Origin: Candidatus Latescibacterota bacterium
GTDB lineage: Bacteria > Latescibacterota > UBA2968 > GCA-2709665
Direction: 5' to 3'
Length of the DNA stretch: 64,000 bases
Assembly (NCBI GenBank): GCA_965219995.1
Contig: CBDCOX010000002.1
Span: 4,000,001-4,064,000, forward strand
In this document: piece by piece, positions 59,580-64,000 of the stretch
How the letters are laid out: each line of letters begins with the position of its first letter
Position numbering within the stretch: position 1 is the first letter of the stretch
The notes under the pieces: model-generated
The model's input: the letters and a program-made list of their open reading frames with translations, nothing else
What the model was told of the DNA's origin: nothing
Databases searched by the model: none
Translations under genes and position numbers: made by a program

Positions 59580-62500
59580 ATGAATATCGAACGGCCGCGC
59601 ACGCTCGAACCGGAAACCCCTTTGCGTACGCCAACGCAGGTGCTCGTGGCGGCGCCGCGGTCCGGACACGGCCGGGCGGCGGCGGAAGGCATCTGCCGGG
59701 CGTTGCGGGACCTGAGCGTTCGCGTCGAACTTCTGGATGATCCCACCGGCGACGTGATGACCGCGGCCAACGGTCCGGTGATCGTCGTCGGCAACCTGGC
59801 GGACAGCCGGTGCGTGCGCGAACTCTACTTCCGCTTGCTGTGCGCAACGGACCTGTGGTACCCGGGCCCTGGTGGTTATGAACTCCGCACGCTGTGCAAC
59901 CCGTTCGGGACGGGCAACAATATCATCCAGGTGGGATACAGCGACGCCGCCGGTGCCGTGAAGGGTACGGAGGCGTTTCTTTCCCGCCTGGACGACCCCA
60001 TTCCGCACCTGGCCGATCTCGAGGTCACCCGGCTTCCGATGTCGGCGCACGAGGCGGCGCAGGTCCGGGCGGAGCCGCTGCCGCCAACGGCGTGGCAGAT
60101 CGCGAATACGATGCAGGGAGACCAGAAAGGGTATCTCTACTATCTGACGGGAGACCCCGATCTCGGAGTGGAATACCGCCGGGCGTGGGAGGCCGTTGTC
60201 GAGAGCGGGTACGTAAAGTCGGAGAAAATCGTCCAGGCCCACCTGTACAGCCTCGGCCGCCTGCAGCCCTGGCGGCTGGTGGAACACATGGACCTGTTCA
60301 GCGAAGCGGAACGGCTCGATATCACCCGGTTCATCTACGGATGGGCGGAAAGCGAGGAGGGCTGGCGCCACGTCCAACGCTGTCCCCGCGTGGTGAGCAT
60401 GCACGTTCCAAGGCAGAACCACGAACTCATTCCCGCCCTGGCGTTGACGTACGCGGCCGGCTATTTCCGGATGTATTTCCCCGAACTGCCCGGACCGGAA
60501 CAGTGGGAGCAGGTCGCAAATCGAGCATATGCTCCCTACGGATCTTCCTGGAAGCCGCTGTGCGACGGGCTCTGCCACGGATGGTGGATGTCGCAGCCGG
60601 TGATGGTCGAGTACGGCCTGAACGATCCGGAACACGCATTCTTCGAGCAGGGCGGCGCCAGACAGGCCGCGGATGCGGCGCTGGCCGTGGTGAACAACGA
60701 GGGATGGCTTCCGTCGGCGGGTGACAGCGACCTGAACCGGCAGTTTCCCGGGCCGAGCCTGCGTACGGCGGCGGCCTGGTTCAATGACGGGCGGTACCGG
60801 TTCGTCCACGACCTCGCGCCCCCGGAACGTCGACTGGTCAGCCTGACGTCACTGCCGAGGGCATTCGACGCCGGCGTGGATCCGGTAGTGCCGGACGACA
60901 GGGTGGGCGTAACCGTCGTTCCGGTGGACCCGCTTCTGTACCACTCCTGGGAACGGGACCCCCAGGGTGCGCCGGGCGTGGTGACCACGCCCCCACCGGC
61001 GCCGATCGACCGGTGTTTCGACAAGCTCTCGGTGCGTACGGGATGGGAGCCCGACGATGACTTTCTCCTGATCGACGGACTTGGCGGCGGCAGCCACTCG
61101 TACGACGACGCGGGCGGCATTCTGGACTACGCGCGTCTGGGTCTCTCGCTGATCGTGCAGGAGGACAGCTTCGTACACTCCGCGCCCGAGCATATGTCGG
61201 CCGTTACGGTCGTCCGGGACGGTGAATTCGGGGAGATCCCGGGATTCGCGGTTCTGGAGGCGAACGAGACCGACGCCGATGGCAACGTTTATCTGCGGAT
61301 CCGGCTTAAGGACTACGCGGGCGCGGACTGGGTGAGGGAGGTCTACCTGAGCCCGGGGTGCTGCGTTGTTTTCAACGATACGGTTATTGCGAACCAGGCG
61401 GGAGACTTTGCGGTGGAAGCCCGCTTCCGATCCCCCGCGCGGCTGGTTCTTAACGGGAACGAGGCGCGTTGTGCGAGGCGGAGCCCCACCGCCGGGGACG
61501 TGACGTTCCGGATCCGGAGCCTGGGCGAGGCCGCTTCGCTGGCGGTGGAGGAAGATCCGGTCCATCTGCGGTACAAGAACGCGGTGGACCGGGAACTCTG
61601 GAAGGAGCGGTACCATACCGACGACGTCGTGCTTTCCACGTTTGTGGCGCGGCGCGCCCAGCGCCTGGAAGCCGGAGAGGGCGTGCGCCTCACCCACGTC
61701 GCGCAGGCGTGCGGACCGGGAGAAGCCACGGTCCGCTTTCTGGAGAAGAAAGGCGAGGTTTGCCTCGTGCAGGACGGGACCTCGCGGCGGCTGGAGACGC
61801 TGCCGGTGAGGACGCCCGCGGCCGGGAGATTGACGGGTGACGCTCGTTCGGAACCGGCCGATGCCGCGCTGGTTTTCACCGCCGGGGATCGCATCCGCGC
61901 AATCCGCCCGCTGGCGGACGGGTCTGTGGTCGTGGGCGCCGAAAGCGGCGGTGTCACCTTCCTCGATCCGGACGGGCGGCCGATCTGGTCGGCGGCGCTG
62001 GACGACCCCCTGTACGACATCGGCGCCGCGGAGGGAGAGGCGACGGTCCTGGCGGTCGGGCACGGCCCGAGCCGGTTGACGGGGCTCGATGTCGGAGGCC
62101 GGCAAATATGGCAGACGGACATCGAACGGGAGCCGTGCCCGTGGCCGTGGTGGGAACTGCCGACCCCGGCGCCCGTGCAGGTGGAGGGCGGCATACACGA
62201 GGGTTCGGCCTTCTTTGCCGTCGGGTGCGGGGACATACAGATCCGCGGCTTCGACGGCGAAGGCCGGGAGCGGTGGCGGCAGCGCTACAATGAAGGGGTG
62301 CCCGGGCGCATCCGGGTGGTGGACGTGGACGGGTGCGGCGGGCCGGAAATCGTCGCCGGGGGCGAAGTGCTCAGTGACACGTCCAAATGCCGTATCCTGG
62401 ACCCCAAGGGGAATTTTCTCGCCCACCTGGACGTGGAGGGATGGACGAGTATTCTGACGGCGCTGGCGTTCGCCGAATTCGAAGGACGCCGCGCCATCGG

Positions 62501-62903
62501 ATGCGGCGCAAATCGGGGCTGGAACCTGCACGTGTTCGAACACGGTGAGGGTGAGGGTTGGCATCGGCGCTGGAGGAAACGTCTGGGCGGTCGGGTTACG
62601 GGCATCCGTTTTCTCGGAACCGATCGTCGTGTGATCGCCGGTACCAGCCAGGGATTCCTTTTGGGTTACGATCCGGACGGGAATCCGGTCTGGCACCGTC
62701 TCTGCGAACAGGGCATCCGGCACCTGGCGCCGTTTGGAGACGAAACGCTCGTCATTGACGACACCGGGAATCTCAGTGCGGTGTGCGCGTCCGGGAACGG
62801 CCGGACGCTCGGCAGGATGCCGCGACCGTGCGCCATCGCGGAACCCTGCGGAGCAGGGGTGCTCCTGGCGTGCGGGCGCGAGATCTGGCGCATCGATGTT
62901 TGA
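59580..62903 (+). CDS. Paralogue 7 of the large lyase-like/beta-propeller family
   Basis: AAGGAGG RBS before ATG 59580; DLWYPGPGGYELRTLCNPFGTG, RQNHEL, KPLCDGLCHGWW, GGSHSYDDAG. Confidence 0.8.
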   Translation: MNIERPRTLEPETPLRTPTQVLVAAPRSGHGRAAAEGICRALRDLSVRVELLDDPTGDVMTAANGPVIVVGNLADSRCVRELYFRLLCATDLWYPGPGGYELRTLCNPFGTGNNIIQVGYSDAAGAVKGTEAFLSRLDDPIPHLADLEVTRLPMSAHEAAQVRAEPLPPTAWQIANTMQGDQKGYLYYLTGDPDLGVEYRRAWEAVVESGYVKSEKIVQAHLYSLGRLQPWRLVEHMDLFSEAERLDITRFIYGWAESEEGWRHVQRCPRVVSMHVPRQNHELIPALALTYAAGYFRMYFPELPGPEQWEQVANRAYAPYGSSWKPLCDGLCHGWWMSQPVMVEYGLNDPEHAFFEQGGARQAADAALAVVNNEGWLPSAGDSDLNRQFPGPSLRTAAAWFNDGRYRFVHDLAPPERRLVSLTSLPRAFDAGVDPVVPDDRVGVTVVPVDPLLYHSWERDPQGAPGVVTTPPPAPIDRCFDKLSVRTGWEPDDDFLLIDGLGGGSHSYDDAGGILDYARLGLSLIVQEDSFVHSAPEHMSAVTVVRDGEFGEIPGFAVLEANETDADGNVYLRIRLKDYAGADWVREVYLSPGCCVVFNDTVIANQAGDFAVEARFRSPARLVLNGNEARCARRSPTAGDVTFRIRSLGEAASLAVEEDPVHLRYKNAVDRELWKERYHTDDVVLSTFVARRAQRLEAGEGVRLTHVAQACGPGEATVRFLEKKGEVCLVQDGTSRRLETLPVRTPAAGRLTGDARSEPADAALVFTAGDRIRAIRPLADGSVVVGAESGGVTFLDPDGRPIWSAALDDPLYDIGAAEGEATVLAVGHGPSRLTGLDVGGRQIWQTDIEREPCPWPWWELPTPAPVQVEGGIHEGSAFFAVGCGDIQIRGFDGEGRERWRQRYNEGVPGRIRVVDVDGCGGPEIVAGGEVLSDTSKCRILDPKGNFLAHLDVEGWTSILTALAFAEFEGRRAIGCGANRGWNLHVFEHGEGEGWHRRWRKRLGGRVTGIRFLGTDRRVIAGTSQGFLLGYDPDGNPVWHRLCEQGIRHLAPFGDETLVIDDTGNLSAVCASGNGRTLGRMPRPCAIAEPCGAGVLLACGREIWRIDV

Positions 62904-62938
62904 GACGTTTATCTTCCATGTAAATTAAGGAGGGACGT

Positions 62939-63823
62939 ATGGACGCCTATGAGCGATATCATTTCGACGTGAACGGTTACATTGTGGTCGAGGACATACT
63001 GACGCCGGACGAGGTGGCGGCGCTGAACGAGGCGATTGACCACAATCCGGATCAGGTCCACATCCGAAAGGGCGAATTGCTGCTGTCCGGCGCGGCCAAA
63101 CAGCACGGAGGCAAGGCAGCACCGCTATTGAAGGGCACCCATGGCCGTGGGGACATCATGGATATACTGAAGTGGCCCAAACCCTGGTGCCAGCCCTTCC
63201 GGGACCTGCTGACGCATCCGCGGGCGATGCGGTACATGCTGGATCTGATCGGCGACGGGTTTCGCTACGGCAACGCCAACGGGATCAGCATGACGGCCGG
63301 CGCCGAGGGGTTTCTCTTTCATGGTGGAGGCACCCCCAGGGGTCCCTACTATTACGATTTTCAGGATGGGCGGATGTGGAACGGGCTGATGGCCGTCTGC
63401 TATCAGTTGACAGACGTCGGTCCGGGAGACGGAGGGTACGCCTGCATCCCCGGCAGCCACCGGGCGAACTATCCCTGCCCCAGTGACGTCCGGCGCCTGG
63501 ATGCCCACCCGGAGTGGTTCAAACATCTTCCCATGAAGGCGGGATCGGCGCTGATCTTCACCGAGGCGCTCACCCACGGCACATTTCCATGGACGGCACC
63601 CCACGAACGCAGAACCCTGCTCTACAGGTACGGCGCTGGTGATATGGTGTTCGGGTCCGGACCGGCCATCCACCCGGCCGGTTACGAGTCGTTCAAGGAC
63701 GAGTTGACGCCCTTGCAGCGCGCGCTGATGGAGCCGCCCTACGCCAGCAGGCGACCCAGTCTCGTGCCGCTGATGGAAGAAGACGAGCGACGACGGGAAG
63801 CCGCGCAATCCGCAACCGCCTGA
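62939..63823 (+). CDS. PhyH-family Fe/2OG enzyme with HxG instead of HxD
   Basis: YHFDVNGY, FLFHGGG, GGYACIPGSH, EALTHGT, RRTLLYRY; TAAGGAGG RBS. Confidence 0.88.
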   Translation: MDAYERYHFDVNGYIVVEDILTPDEVAALNEAIDHNPDQVHIRKGELLLSGAAKQHGGKAAPLLKGTHGRGDIMDILKWPKPWCQPFRDLLTHPRAMRYMLDLIGDGFRYGNANGISMTAGAEGFLFHGGGTPRGPYYYDFQDGRMWNGLMAVCYQLTDVGPGDGGYACIPGSHRANYPCPSDVRRLDAHPEWFKHLPMKAGSALIFTEALTHGTFPWTAPHERRTLLYRYGAGDMVFGSGPAIHPAGYESFKDELTPLQRALMEPPYASRRPSLVPLMEEDERRREAAQSATA

Positions 63824-63854
63824 AACCCCCGACCGGTTATTCGGAGAGGTTCGG

Positions 63855-64000
63855 ATGTTTTGTTTTGCAAATCCGGACGCCGCGATTTTGGAAATTGGCC
63901 TCCTGACGATCTCCGTCGTCCTGCCCTGCCTCGGCGCGGTGTTCACCCTTGCGCCGAACGGCGACGACACGGGGTCGGGCGGGCGCGCGTCACCCTGGAG
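63855..64000 (+). CDS. Probable secreted right-handed beta-helix protein (3' partial)
   Basis: GGAGAGG RBS; MFCFANPDAAILEIGLLTISVVLPCLGA-VFTLAPNGDDTGSGGRASPW resembles the 'YVAPxGxD...G...P(W/F)' N-terminus of pectate-lyase-fold proteins. Confidence 0.5.
   Translation, partial: MFCFANPDAAILEIGLLTISVVLPCLGAVFTLAPNGDDTGSGGRASPW

Noticed and set aside
1923-62723. Many long antisense or alternative-frame ORFs (e.g. 1923-3554, 4483-6375, 4652-6427, 50096-52009, 60849-62723)
   Set aside because: They overlap well-supported genes, have R/P/G-rich low-information sequence and no motifs; expected shadows in high-GC DNA.

Overview
GC-rich bacterial window, mostly a carbohydrate/acidic-glycan catabolic region. 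Its gene content (DUF6785-type membrane protein, M28-FtsX fusion, many PhyH and Gfo/Idh/MocA genes) resembles Latescibacterota/Poribacteria-like organisms; this taxonomy is inference only. The main feature is a family of seven 1100-1290 aa paralogues (6345, 10087, 28755, 49349, 52806, 56254, 59580). They share an N-terminal GH20/GH67-like accessory domain, a heparinase II/III-like lyase core with rewired catalytic motifs and a C-terminal FG-GAP/PQQ-type beta-propeller, and none has an obvious signal peptide. Three of them form a tandem array with a duplicated spacer and a mosaic middle copy. Around them lie two secreted lyases (HepB-like, DUF4962-like), a degenerate-M28/FtsX permease fusion, a BNR/sialidase-like protein, four PhyH dioxygenases (one with HxG), three Gfo/Idh/MocA oxidoreductases and two ECF sigma modules. 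A complete IS1380 (13-bp IRs, TTAG duplication) sits exactly at the -10 box of a predicted ECF promoter. There are also two orphan antitoxins and several dispersed REP/MITE-like repeats. No rRNA, tRNA or CRISPR array was seen. All family calls come from reading motifs by eye, not from database searches.
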